Source: Raillietiella orientalis
Lineage: Eukaryota
Direction of reading: 5' to 3'
Length of the DNA stretch: 64,000 nucleotides
NCBI GenBank assembly: GCA_036172245.1
Contig: JAYWIR010000033.1
Span: 682,001 to 746,000, forward strand
This document shows, in pieces, positions 13,501-25,286 of the stretch; the stretch's first letter is position 1; each line of letters begins with the position of its first letter. The position numbers and the translations under genes are program-made. The notes below the pieces were generated by a model. The model had not been told where the DNA came from and did not search any database. It saw nothing but the letters and a program-made list of their open reading frames with translations.

Positions 13501-16423
13501 GCCTGCATAAAGTCTCTTCTGTTGGCCACTCCCTCTCCGAAACCGCGTGGAAGCCGGTGCAAGGGGTATTTGCAGCAGAACTCGCGGACAGATCTTTTGA
13601 GATCGTCCCAGTCCGCAAGTTCTTGAATGGCAAAGCCTCGGAGGTATTTACGTAGATGCTCCGCAGCCTCCGATTGGCTAAGCCAATCCGCCTGCATCCT
13701 CCAGTTCTGCAACGGAGGCCCCCTGCCTGGCGGAAGGATCTTAAACTCCAACCTGTGGTGGTCAGAAAGCCTAGTCAACAATCTTCCTCTCCTACCCACA
13801 CGCGAATGCAGGTTTTCATCGAGGAAAACGTGATCGAGCGATCTTTCCATTCCAGGTTCGCTGACCATCAAGTTGGCGGCGTGCACGGACGCGCACATCT
13901 CGATGGGCAGCGCGCGTTCCCTCGGGCGGCTCCAATCGTCGGAGAGCAGGCGGACGTTGAAGTCCCCAGCGACGAGGTGCGCCACTTGGAAACCGGAGTT
14001 GTTGAGCCAGTGGCTCTGCACCTCACCAAGGAAAGCTACTCTTTCTTCGAGGTAGCGAGAGCCACTCGGCGCGTAGACGTTCGTAACGACGAGATCGATG
14101 GACTCGGACCACTTGATGACAAGCTGGCCTATCCGTCCGTCGTCATCGAAACGAACACTACGCACCGCTTCCGCCATTTTTCCTCTTACGAGGAACGCAA
14201 CGCCGCACGTGTGTGCGCCGCCGCACCGCCAATGTAGCGTTCCGCCTGCGCGCTCCTCGATTTCGGTTGCCTGCTCGTCGGAGATTACGTGAATCTCCTG
14301 CAGGAGCGCGAGGTCGAAGGGGCGCAGGGCGTTGGCTACTAATCGCCTCGTCTCGTCGTTCTGTAGTCCGTTCACGTTCCAACACGTTACGGACAGACGA
14401 CGAGAAGACGCGATTCCCCGCAGTACTGCTGGGAAGGTGGCGGCTTTTTGCTCGCTTTATCCGGCGAGCAGACGGCGAGCAGCACGACTGGCTGGAGGGG
14501 ACGGTCGCCACCGTCCTCTGTCGTGCTGCATGCATGTAATGCCTCCACGCCAGGATGATCCCCGTCGGGTTTCGTGGAGACTTCGCGTGGCTTCGCAGCT
14601 ACAGTTGCCTGGCTGCCTACTTTTGATCGGCGCGCACACGCTTTCGAGCGAGTTGTCCTCGTCTCGGTGATCGGAACGGCATCCATTTCGGAGTCCGACC
14701 GGCGCATGTTCGATCGGGTTTCGGCCTTCCGCGAAGCAGTGACAGGTTCTGCTGGATTGACAGCTGTCCTGTTTTCGTTTTCTGTCACCAGAGCATCGCT
14801 TTTGGTGACGGCTGCTTTCCCGGCGCGCGCGTTTTCAGCGTGCTCACGCGCAGTTGCACGAGGGACCTTTGCTGAAGTCTTCTTTACTTCATTACGGTTC
14901 CTCACTTCGCGTGGCGCCGTAAATGGAGATTCTGCTCCATTGCCATCTTTGAAGCCATCCGCGTCTTTGGACGGGAGCACTTTGGATGGCTTCGACACGC
15001 TCGTCATGGACGCTGCCTTCGGAAGGGCTTTTAATCCCTTCGTTGGCATGGCATCCGCGCCAGTCGAGAGCTTGCTCTCCGATTGCGACGGCGTGAGATT
15101 TTTCTCCGCTTTCGCGGTGTTGGATCGCGACGCGGATTTTTTTTTTTGCTGACTTTCGAAGTCGAAACGGCACAACCCTTCTTACCCGATTTGGGCTTCT
15201 CAGCCACTGCAGGAGGTGAAGGAATGGATCTGACGGTACCGGAAGTGTCCTTACCGCCGTTGTCCATTGGCGTCCCCGCCGGTTGCTCGAACTCCGAGAG
15301 AGCCGGGCGTGCTTGGGAAGGACAGCTATTGCGCCTAGGGGGACTTACCATTGCCCCGGATTCCCCGCACCCTTTCTTTTGCGGCTCCCCTGCCGCGAGA
15401 GGGGGCGCGCAGGGCTTCGCGTGCGAGGTTTCCTGCTGCTTTGGGGCGACATTCCGCCTCGCGTTTTTTCGGAATTTCTGCCGTGGGGTCTCCAGGTTTT
15501 TCGCAGATTTTTTCTTTTTATCCGCGCTTTGTTTTCTAGGATGGAGCTCCGCGGCTGCCTTTTTTCGCAAAAGATCCGGGCAATTTTTCAATTGGTGCCC
15601 GGATAGTTTGCAATAACGGCATTTTCAGAGGGGCATTTATCCAAACAATGCCCCTCCTTCCTGCATTGCTCGCACGTTTTTACTTTGCCCACGAACCACA
15701 GGTGAACGACCGTGTCTTTCACCTGTAGTTTGGTGGGCAGCAGACGGCGGTCCGGCATTGTAAGCTGGACTCCAGCGACTCCGCTGTGTATGGACGGGAA
15801 GTCCTTGAGGTTGCTACGCACCCTCCACAGCGCATGGACCGTGGCGAATTTCGCCAACGCGTTCCGAATATCAATATCGGAGATTTCCTACTCGATGTCG
15901 AAAATCTCCGCCACAAATGAGTCGTCCATGGCGGCCGGGAAGACCTTCTGGCCACGGATCGACAACGGGGTGCGCAGCAAGCGTTGCACAAGTGCAGCGT
16001 CTTTGCAACGCACCTTGAAATAGCCCATGTCTTTTACGGGCATAATGGCGAGAAGGTCCTCCTCCCGCACGCCAACACGGGTCTGTTCATCGTTGAACTG
16101 ATTCCCGTCGCGCGCAGAAAGAAAACCACTCACCTTATATCGGAGAGCAGGTCTATAGCCTTGGGCTACGTATGCCTGCAACTCCGACTCGTCGAGTGGT
16201 TTCCCCTTGACGGCTGCTGTGGCAGCAACGTCAGCAAAACTCCTCTCCATTGGCGAGAAAGACGAAGTGGAGGCGGCCGTAGGTTCCGCGATTGCAGATC
16301 CGGATGCTGTTCCTCCAACTTCAGTAGCTTCAAGTTGGGTCGACATCGTCGTCAAAATGTACGACGCCAAGATGAAGCGGATGAAAGCACGGAGACGAGA
16401 GCGAAGAAAAAACGTCCGCACTC
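10517..16423 (-). mobile_element. E5: full-length (~5.9 kb) decayed L1/Tx1-like element inserted in the APE 'GDFN' motif of E4
   Basis: Near-perfect 9-bp TSD GATTGAAAT (10508-10516) / GATTTAAAT (16424-16432). 5' GAGTGCGGACGTTTT; 3' AATAAACGCCCCGGCGTGACCGGGTGATAA. ORF1 16346->~14423 and ORF2 ~14423->10830 both carry stops or frameshifts. Confidence 0.9.
10830..14423 (-). pseudogene. E5 ORF2 (APE-RT), with in-frame stops (e.g. 12189, 11493, 10899)
   Basis: 728-aa open segment with LQE, GDFN, SDH, DLHKAFD, GIRQGD and YADD. Downstream fragments include CVRCGSTESIPHLLLDC. Confidence 0.88.
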
Positions 16424-16891
16424 GATTTAAATCTCCCGCTATCAGGTGAGCCTTCCGCACGCTCGTGTTCGCCAGCCAGTCGCGCTTCAGGGTTTCAAGC
16501 AGCCTGGTACGGTTGCTGTATCCCTTTTAACCGGTTGGGGCGTACACATTCGTGACGATCAGATCGATCGAGTCCGACCAGCCGAGAGTCAGCTGACCGA
16601 CCGGACCTTCGTCATCGAAGCGCACGCCCTTCACGGCAGCGTGGATGGCCGGCTTCACGAAGAACGCGGCCCCGCAGGTGTTGCGGATGCCGCATTGCCA
16701 GTACAGCCGACCAACCGCGATCGTCTCGATCTCCTGGACGTCTGCCGCGGTGATCACGTGGATCTCCTGCAACAGGGCCAGGTCGAACTCCCGCAGGGTG
16801 TCGGCTGTATCTCGACTGTTACCGTCGTCGCGCAGCCCGTTGACATTCCAGCAGGCGGCGCGAATCCGACGGCGACTGGCGAGCCCAGGTG

Positions 16892-18637
16892 TTACTCCTG
16901 GGAAGATGGCAGTGCGGCGTCCGCTACCTGCTGGGGCGGGACGCTAGGTGGAGGAGGGGGGTCAGGTTCTGAAGGCACCTGCTCCCCCTCCTCCATAGGA
17001 AACTGTATGTCGAGCGGGTCACCCACAGGTGGGGTCGCGCCTACCTGTTCGCCCTCCTGCATGGGGACGGGCTGCTCAGGGTCGGCGCCTGCAGGGGGGA
17101 CTTCACCCCCCTGTTCACCCTCCTCCATGGGGGTGGCCGGATCGACGGCTTCCGAGCGTGGGAATTCCTCCTCCGAATTTCCCACGCTGGCGACGGCTTC
17201 CGTCTTCTCGCTGGTGGAGGGGAGGCGCCTCCTGGGCTTCTGGGACTTGCGTCCCGACTTCCTGGGGGGTGCCTCCGAGGAGGAGGATGTGCTTCCGGCC
17301 CCCAGGTCTAACTCACCTGTGGGGGCCTTCTTCGCCGGAGCCGGCCTTCGCACGGCCTTGCGCGAGGGGTTCTCACGCTCGGCCAGCGTGACCGCGAGCT
17401 CCTCCGCCGCCTGCGCGAACGCGGCGTCCGCGGCTTCGACCGCCGCTATGTCGCGCGGCTCACCCTCTGTGTAAACAGAGGGTTCGTCGTCGCTAGCCTC
17501 GGGCGCAGCAGAAACGGCAAGGGGAGGATCGACGCTCCGGGTGGCAATCTCGGGGACGACGATTCGTTCCAGTGCCACCGTGCACTCGCGCAGAGTTTTC
17601 GAGCGCGGACCGGGTTTTTTCGGCTTACCGGCCGTCTTGCGCTCTTTGCTCTCCGCGGGTGGGAGTTTCCTCGGCTTTCTGGCCTCTACAAGCTGCCATC
17701 CCTCTTCGCCTTCCACCGTTTCAGAAGGTTTATCCTCCGGCTTACGCGCCGGAGGTTGAGGTGTTGGCAGCTTGTGCTGGCCCTTTTCTACTTTAGGTCT
17801 AGAGACCTTTGAAGCACGTGTCCCCTGCGCTTTTTTCGCGGCAGGGGGAACCGGGGTGGGGCGTTTGGGACACACGCGCCGAACGTGGCCCCGCTCCCCG
17901 CACAAATGGCATTGTATATTGGGACACCTTTTACGTAGGTGTCCCACGGCATCACAATGCCCGCAATACCGGGGCTTCCCTACATACCACAGGTCGACGT
18001 TTTCTTGCGCCACCTGTAGTTTGTGGGGAAGCCCACACTTCTCCCGTACGGTGACCCGCGCTGCAGCCTGCCCACCAAAAAGGCTATCGAAGCCGTCGAA
18101 AATGGAGGGTTTCGGCCACAGTGCGTGCACCTCACCGTACTTCCGTAATTCCTCACCAACCGCTGACCGCGTCATGCGGCTGGTGATGCCAGTCATGTGG
18201 ACCACCACGGAGCGGTCCATAGATACTGGCAGGATCTTGCGGCCGTCTACGTTCAGCGGCGCATGGATAAGGCGGTGAGCCAAGGTGACATCTTCGCAGA
18301 CCACCTCGACCCGCTTCCCGCCGCTGAGGACGGAGAGGCCGTCCAGATCCTTCTCTGTGACATTCGCGTCCTTCAACGCTTTGCTGAAGGCGCGCGCTGT
18401 CCGGCCGTCGAACAAGTTGCCTACCTGGTAGACAAGCGATGGCTTGTACCCGGAGGCCTTGTATGCGGCCATCTCCGCTATGGCTTCTGCGCTGGGCGCG
18501 GCCACCATGGCGCTCCATGTCCTCGGCGTGGCCGGGGATGATTCCGGGGCGGCTGCCCCTGCTCCAGTAGGCTGTGGGGGCGAACTAGCCTCCCCCACTC
18601 CCACCTCCATCGCGGTGTCCTCTGGCGTCGTGGCCAT
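16892..18637 (-). CDS. E4 ORF1, uninterrupted gag-like protein (581 aa) with two CCHC knuckles
   Basis: Open frame MATTPEDTAMEVG...CGHCDAVGHLRKRC-PNIQ-CHLCGERGHVRRVC...PSSQE*. The ORF2 start has decayed (TAATG->TAACA). Confidence 0.85.
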   Translation of the reverse strand: MATTPEDTAMEVGVGEASSPPQPTGAGAAAPESSPATPRTWSAMVAAPSAEAIAEMAAYKASGYKPSLVYQVGNLFDGRTARAFSKALKDANVTEKDLDGLSVLSGGKRVEVVCEDVTLAHRLIHAPLNVDGRKILPVSMDRSVVVHMTGITSRMTRSAVGEELRKYGEVHALWPKPSIFDGFDSLFGGQAAARVTVREKCGLPHKLQVAQENVDLWYVGKPRYCGHCDAVGHLRKRCPNIQCHLCGERGHVRRVCPKRPTPVPPAAKKAQGTRASKVSRPKVEKGQHKLPTPQPPARKPEDKPSETVEGEEGWQLVEARKPRKLPPAESKERKTAGKPKKPGPRSKTLRECTVALERIVVPEIATRSVDPPLAVSAAPEASDDEPSVYTEGEPRDIAAVEAADAAFAQAAEELAVTLAERENPSRKAVRRPAPAKKAPTGELDLGAGSTSSSSEAPPRKSGRKSQKPRRRLPSTSEKTEAVASVGNSEEEFPRSEAVDPATPMEEGEQGGEVPPAGADPEQPVPMQEGEQVGATPPVGDPLDIQFPMEEGEQVPSEPDPPPPPSVPPQQVADAALPSSQE

Positions 18638-18723
18638 TGGACACCGACGATGTACACAAAACACCACACAGAAGAAAAAGCGCTTTCCTACTACTCTTTG
18701 GGGAGTGAAGGAAAAACGTCCTC

Positions 18724-20126
18724 CAGCTGGCCGTGGAGGGGGCTGGCTGCAATTAGGCAGCCAGTTCCTCCGCGGCTCGCGCGAAGGCTACGTCATCGAT
18801 GGTGGTGTCGATGACGGATGCCGCCGCCGGCTCGCTCCCCTCGCTGTAGACTGTGTCAACAGAGGGGAGGTCGTCGGTAGCGGCGAGTTCTTTCTGGCAG
18901 CGTTCGGCAACATCGGGAACGCGTTCGACGACGACGCTGCACTCTTCAATTATCGCGCTAACCTGTTCTTTCTTCTTCTGTTGGTAGGCGATTTTTTTTT
19001 CTAACCTCCTCTCCTTCTTTGATTTTTTGGCCGTAGCCACCTCCCACCCAGGCTCCTGGCTTGTTCCCTCGACTTGTTCGGCGTTGTTCGCCGGGGTCTC
19101 GGGTGCGGCCTGGGCCTTGGGCGCGGTTGGCACAGCCTTCGCGGCAGCTTTCGCCGCCAGCCTTTTCTGCAGAAGCCGGGCGCGTTTTTTAAGGTTTCTC
19201 TTGGAAACCACCCGCACTGCTGCTTTTAGGCACACTTCCCTCGTGTGACCCATTGTGCCGCATACTTGGCACTGAACATTGGGACACCTCTTTTTGAGGT
19301 GGCCCGACGTATTGCAGAAACCACAGTATTTCGGCTTCCCCACATACCAGAGGTTGACGGTTTCGCCATCGACCACCAGTTTGTGGGGAAGAGTGCAGCC
19401 CTCCCGAACGGTCACGCGCGCAGCAGTGAGGCCGTGTTGCAGCCCCGTGTAGTCCTCGAAAGGACTAACTTTCGTCCACTGCGCGTGGACCGCTCCGTAT
19501 TCCTCCAACGCGGCGCGAACCTGTTCCTTGCGCATCCGGCCTGTAACACCTAACAGGTAGACCACCATGCTGCGGTCCGCCGTAATAGGGAGCAGCCTAC
19601 GCGTCCCCATCACCACGGGGGTTTTAAGCAGTCATTGGGCCAGCTCTGCTTGTTTGCAGATGACCTCAACGTACTGACCCCCGCTGCGGATGGTCATAGC
19701 GCTGAGCTCCTCCTCTTTCACATCGAGAGCGCGCATGCCCTTCGAGAAGGCGCGCGCGCTCTCTAAAGAATATAAATTGCCTACCTTGTAGAACAATGAG
19801 GGGTTGTACCCCTTTTCTACATAGGCCGACAATTCCGCCGCGGCTGCAGGCGATGGCGCCGACACAACGGCGCTCCACGCCCGCGCTGCAGCGGGGACCG
19901 ATTCTGTGGGGGCGGATGCCCCCACCTCCATCGCCTTCGGGGGCGACGTTGCCGCCGCCCCCTGGCTCTCCATTGCCTCTGGGGGCGGCGTTGCCGCTGC
20001 CCCCTGGCCATCCCTGGTGGTCGCGTCAGGCATTGCAGCCTGATCGACCACCGGACCACACGACGCTTTCACTGAAGGAGACCTCCTGGCACGAGGAGCA
20101 CCGATAAAACACGTCCACCCTGGAGC
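18724..20126 (-). mobile_element. E6: 5'UTR + ORF1 (with stops) of an element of the same family as E7; interrupted by E4
   Basis: ORF1 ATG 20033 (MPDATTRDGQG...) is nearly identical to E7 ORF1, with stops at 19632 and 18753. 5' end GCTCCAGGGTGGACGTGT. Confidence 0.87.
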
Positions 20127-20360
20127 ACGCAAGGCGTTCGATTTTCACCCGGATTTCGCCGGGGCGTTTATTGTAAAATAAACATTTACAAAGACGTGCG
20201 GTGGCTGGACCATTGCTCCAGCCACGCACGAAGAAACACAGAGCCTGCCGGGTCACCGGTTGGCAGACCGGAACGGTCCACCACGGCAGCAGGGGGAAGG
20301 GGGAAAAACAAAAAAACAAAAAAAAAAAGAAAAGAAAACTTGGGAGGGTAAGGGAAGGGA

Positions 20361-23300
20361 TCACAGTTGCTGGTGGGGCCGTTGCATCCTATGCAGGATG
20401 CCGACAAGCTCCTTCTGTATTCCTGGATCCAGGTGAGGCCATCGGGACGCCCTCCTCAGGAACTGGTAGGCTGGCTGGATGGCACACTGGTCGCGTTGTC
20501 CTCCCGTAGCCTTGCTCCAAGCGGTCACGATCCCGCGTAGGCAGCACAAAGCGGCTAACGAGGCTGCTGGCCGAAGGGCGTCGGCAACGAAGAGGGCTTT
20601 CAGTGCGTCCCTGGGGTTGCCGCAGGGGATTCCGATGGCCGCGGCAAAGCGAAACCAAAGGGGCCGAAGAGCAACACAATCCACTAGCAGGTGGGGGAGG
20701 GACTCCCGTTCCCCACATCTGACGCAATTGGGGTCCACCGCTCCCCAGGTCCAGTGGTGTCGGCGGGCGTTGCAGGGGAGTCCCCAGTGCTGCAACAGGA
20801 GAGCCGACTCCTGCCATTTTAAGGGGAGGGCGTAAGTGTTCATGAGCACCGGGGGCCACTTCAGATGTTCAATGGGAACATCGAGCAGCGCGCCCCAGCG
20901 CAGAAGTCCATTGGGAGGCGTACTCGGGGTCACAGCGTCTGTTAACTGGCCCGTCTTGCACTTTCCTATCTTCTTCTCCTTTCCGGAGATTGTTACTGTA
21001 ATCACCCACTTCGCCGCAACATCGCTGTCCAGATCTTCCATCAGGTAGGGCAGCGCAGCAGCGAGGGGTGTTCTTCCTGCCCACGCTCTCTTCTTTGGAT
21101 CCTCCAGGATCTCGCGGAGAGTGCAACTTCTGTAGCCCCCAAACAGGAACCTTCGTTCCTGTTGGGAGCGTTGCATGCCGAACTGTCCCCACGTTCGAAC
21201 GGTTTCCTGCAACCAGGCACTACCGTTCGCGGATAGACAGGTGATCCATCCTTGATTTTTCCTTGCCAGCGCAGCCACTTTCCGTAGCTGAAGTCCGCAT
21301 CGGTTGACGCGGCGACGGAGTGCTAGAAACGACGTCAGTCCCGTCTTGCCGGTTGCTTCCTGGAGAAGGAGACGTGCAGGGACGCACCAACAGGTGCACC
21401 ACAACTCTGGAACGAGTGCCGACAAGCGGAACTGGAGCTGAAGCTCCAGCCGCTCCAGCGTCAGGAGGCCCAGACCACCATCCCGACGAGGAGCGCACAA
21501 GTCCTTTAAGCAGACTCGGGCCCTCCCGTTGCCCCAAAGGGCGATACGGAGGAGGACCTTTGTCCGCTTTTTAATTCTCTCTGTGGGGGAGCAAACAAAA
21601 ACCAGGGGGCGAAGGGGAGGAGCCGCGAACGTGTTCCAAACCGCGGCCCGTTCAGGCAGGAAAAACCTGCCGCCTCGGAACGGGCCGATTGCTGTCTCTA
21701 CTTTTTGAAGGCAGCCGGACCACGCTTCCGCAGGAGAGTAGTCCCCCAACGGCACACCAAGGTACTTGAAGTACTTCACCGTGGGGATCCCCAAACGGAC
21801 CCAGTCCTGCTGCCCTGCCCACACCGCACCAACTGGCATCACGGACGACTTCGCCCTGTTCACCGTAAGTCCGGTTCCCCGATGCACCAGGTCGAAGAAC
21901 TCCTCGACCGCCGCAGCCGGGGTGGACATAGGGAGCAGCAGCAGAAGGTCGTCCGCGTATGCTGAAACGGCCGGCATACCGGCACAGTCGTGCGGCAGGT
22001 GCGCCAGAGTTCCCCTTTACGCTCTCAGTACCAACTCAAAGTAGGTACTGAAGAGCAAGGGGCTCAGGCTGTCTCCCTGCCGGATCCCACGCTGCACCGG
22101 CACGCCGTGCACGGTCTGTCCGCTGAAAGAAACGTTGATGAGCGCGTCGCGCCAGCAGGAGCGCAGATAGGCCACTAATGAGGCCGGGAAGCCCAAGCGT
22201 TCCAGAAGCTCCAGAAGGAGATTCTGGTCGACGCAATCGAATGCTTTCCGCAAGTCGATTGCGACCGCAAGGGCTCCCTTCCCCACCCGACTATCCAACC
22301 CCCTGCCGGCGCACGCACCGGAATTCTAGCTGCGCACCAAGCTCCTTTCATGTTGGAGCTCTAGCCAGGTGGAAGCGTGGAACAGGTTCGCCTCCATGCT
22401 TCGCCCGGGAACAGCATATGTCTGTTCCGGGCTGATGAAGATGTTGGCAACCCGTCCCAGACGCTCTGCCCACATCTTGGCTATGAACTTGGCGTCCGCA
22501 TTCACTATTGTGATGGGACGCCAGTTGTTCATGCTCCTTGGATCTCCTCCCTTAGGGAGGAGCCGCACATTTGCCGAACGAAACGAGGCGGAAACGTCAC
22601 CTGTTTCGCGTATCAGCAAGGTGAGTTGCTGTACCAGGGGGGTAAGCTCAGGCGCGAAATTTGATAAAACTCCGCGGGCAAACCGTCCTCCTTTGGAGCC
22701 TTTCGCCTCTTGAGCTTTCCGATGGCCGAGAGGATCTCGTCCATCGTGAAAGGCTCGTCGAGGGTCTTTCTCTGCTCCTCCCCGATCGCTGGAGCGCCTT
22801 CCGGAAGCAGGAGTCGTAAGACGTTATTCTCCGGAGGTGCCCTGGCATACAGGGAGGAGTAGTAACTCCGCAGCAGGCCGCGGATTTGGGCAGGTGTCGA
22901 GTGCTTCTGGCCCTGATCGTCCAGTAAGCTGGCCGATCCGGACTGCCAGGCTTGCCTCTCGGCTCCTGCTTTGTATTCCGCCAGCCTGCGGATGTCGAGG
23001 GTCCTGGCGTAACGACGGGCCTGCAGGTAGGCTCGTTCGTTACGGACCCCGGTCCCAAAACCCGTAGGTAGGCGGTGCAGAGGGAACTGGTCGCAGAACT
23101 TCTAGACCGACCGCTTGAAGCGGTCCCAATCATGTAGTGTCCGCAGCCTGATGCTCCGTATGAACGTGCGGAGATGTTTTGCCGCGTCCGGGAGCTTTAG
23201 CCAGTCCCCTGGAAGACGCCACGCTGACGAGGGGGGGCCCTTGTCGTGCGGATGGATCTCGAGGACTAGCGGGCGATGGTCGGACAGCTCGCACGGTAAC

Positions 23301-23792
23301 TTGCCGCGCCTGCCCACGCGAGGGCACAGGTGCTCGTCAAGAAACACGTGGTCAATGCTGTCTTCCATCCCCGGTGCACTGGCCAACAGATTACAGGTGT
23401 GCACCGCCATGCACACCTCGTTGACCAGGTCACGCTCGGGATTCTGCCCATCTGGTTTCAGGAGAACGTTGAAATCGCCTGCAACCAGATGGGCATTCCG
23501 CACGCCTGCTTCGGTCAGCCAGTCGCGATGGAGGGCAAGAAAAAACTCTTTCCTCGCCCTCCTGTTCATCAGGTCCTTGCCGCTCGGTGCGTACACGTTC
23601 GTGACGATCAGATCGATCAAGTCGGACCACCTGAGAGTCAGCTGTCCGACACGACCGTGATCGTCGAACCGCACGCCCCGAGCCGCGGCCTCGACGACTG
23701 GTTGAAGCAGGTAGGCGACACCGCAACTTTTCGCTCTCCCACACCTGTACCATAGCCGCCCTCCGGAGATCCGTTCGATATCTTGCGCTCGT
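20361..23792 (-). pseudogene. E7 ORF2, main part (N-terminus at 35571->35408), several stops and frameshifts
   Basis: NVYAP, GDFN and SDH (23102..23674); WRPI and DLRKAFD; AYADD through CVRCGE..HLLVDC (20361..21977). Confidence 0.88.
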
Positions 23793-25286
23793 ACAGTGCA
23801 GACGTGTTTCCGCGTCTATCCGCGCCAACGATCGGGCAACTTTGTGCCTGCGTTTTCGCTCGCACTTGTGTGTTCCTGTGCAATCTGCCAAGTAGCATAG
23901 TGCAACATGGCCAGTACACAGGATAGTGTGGAGGAGCAAGCCACTGGATGCACTTCAGCTGCACTTGAAGTGGCCGCATCCTCCGTAATGGTTTCCTCGC
24001 CCCCGGTGAGGAGTTACGCCGCCGTTACCTCCCAAAGACCAGGACCCTGCGAGGCGGAGTTCCAGGCATATGTGTCATCAGGATACATGCCTGCACTCCG
24101 TTATAAGGTCAGTGGGCCACTTAACGGGAGAATCGGTCGTGAGCTCAATGATGAGCTCGTCAGGATAGGCGTTCGCGAGGAGGAAGTCCTTGCCATAATG
24201 CCTGCTGGCAGGATGGAATATACGAAGATTCGGTGCAAGAACGCAGCACTTGTGCAGCGCCTTCTCCGTACGCCGTTGACCATCAATCACAAGGAAGTCC
24301 TACCTACCGCGATGGACGACTCTTTTGTCGTTCAATTGTGCGACATCGAACCGGAAATCTCCGACCGCGATGTCGTAAGTGTGCTGGCGAAGTTCGCCAC
24401 CGTGCACGCTCTGTGGAGGAGGCCAAATCCTCTAAAGGATTTCCCCTCTGTCCACATTGGACAAGCCTCCGCGCGGATCACCGTCGCGAATAGGCGTGTT
24501 GTGCCTGAGCAGCTGCAGGTGAACGGCACGGTCGTTCACCTGTGGTTCATAGGCCAGACTCGCGCGTGCGAGCAGTGCGGCAAGGAGGGGCACCGAATTA
24601 AAGAGTGCCCCTCTCCAAGATGCCGCTATTGCAAAGATTCCGGGCACGAAATCAAAAAGTGCCCGGTACTTGCAAGAAAAAGAGCCGCAGCGGAAATTCG
24701 TCGGGTTCAAGAGACCACTGCACGAAAAGCCGCAGCGGCAAATAAAAAACGTCGTCCGCAAAAACTCGAAAAAAACCACAAGCGATCCGCGGATAAAAAG
24801 AAAGCATCCCCGCCCGCAACGCCCCGAAAGGGGAAAGTCACGGCGGGGAAGCCAATTAAAAAGGGGCGCGAGGGTTTGACGCGTGCCGTGTCTTCCCTCT
24901 CTGCCGAACTCGCAGGCACCTCTCCGAGCCAGGAACCAGGAAATCTCCGTAACACCCTGGAGGGAAAGGTAGGAAAACAGGAAGATCTCAACAGTGCGAA
25001 GACTTCTTGCCCCGTTCCGTTGTCCCTTCCGAGTTCCGGACAGCCCCACTGCAGCGCAGGCCCCACTGCAAAGGCTACGAAAGCCGTAAAAAGCAGCGTC
25101 GCGACGAACAAAAGCACGCTGCATGCAGTCGCCCCATCGCCGACTCGGCAGGTTTCCCCAAGTCCCACAAGGGGTGGGGTAAGTTTATTTTTCTATAAAA
25201 ATACAAAATTTACATTCGCACTCTCATTCACTCAATACAAACATTTTACACTTGGGGGTCCTTGGGTTGCACTAGAGTTCTGCTTT

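Larger units (their letters stand above)
10173..18723 (-). mobile_element. E4: 5' half of an L1/Tx1-like element (ORF1 + APE), split by E5 (E4 parts 10173-10516 and 16424-18723), interrupted on the left by E2
   Basis: The APE frame AHLIAG|DFNLRLL rejoins across E5. Intact ORF1 18637->16892. 5' motif GGACGTTTTT at ~18712-18721. Confidence 0.88.

Noticed and set aside
10830..20126. APOBEC-like or RIP-like hypermutation of the elements
   Set aside because: The premature stops arise from mixed changes (TGG->TGA, CGA->TGA, TTA->TAA). No clear directional bias is visible by eye.
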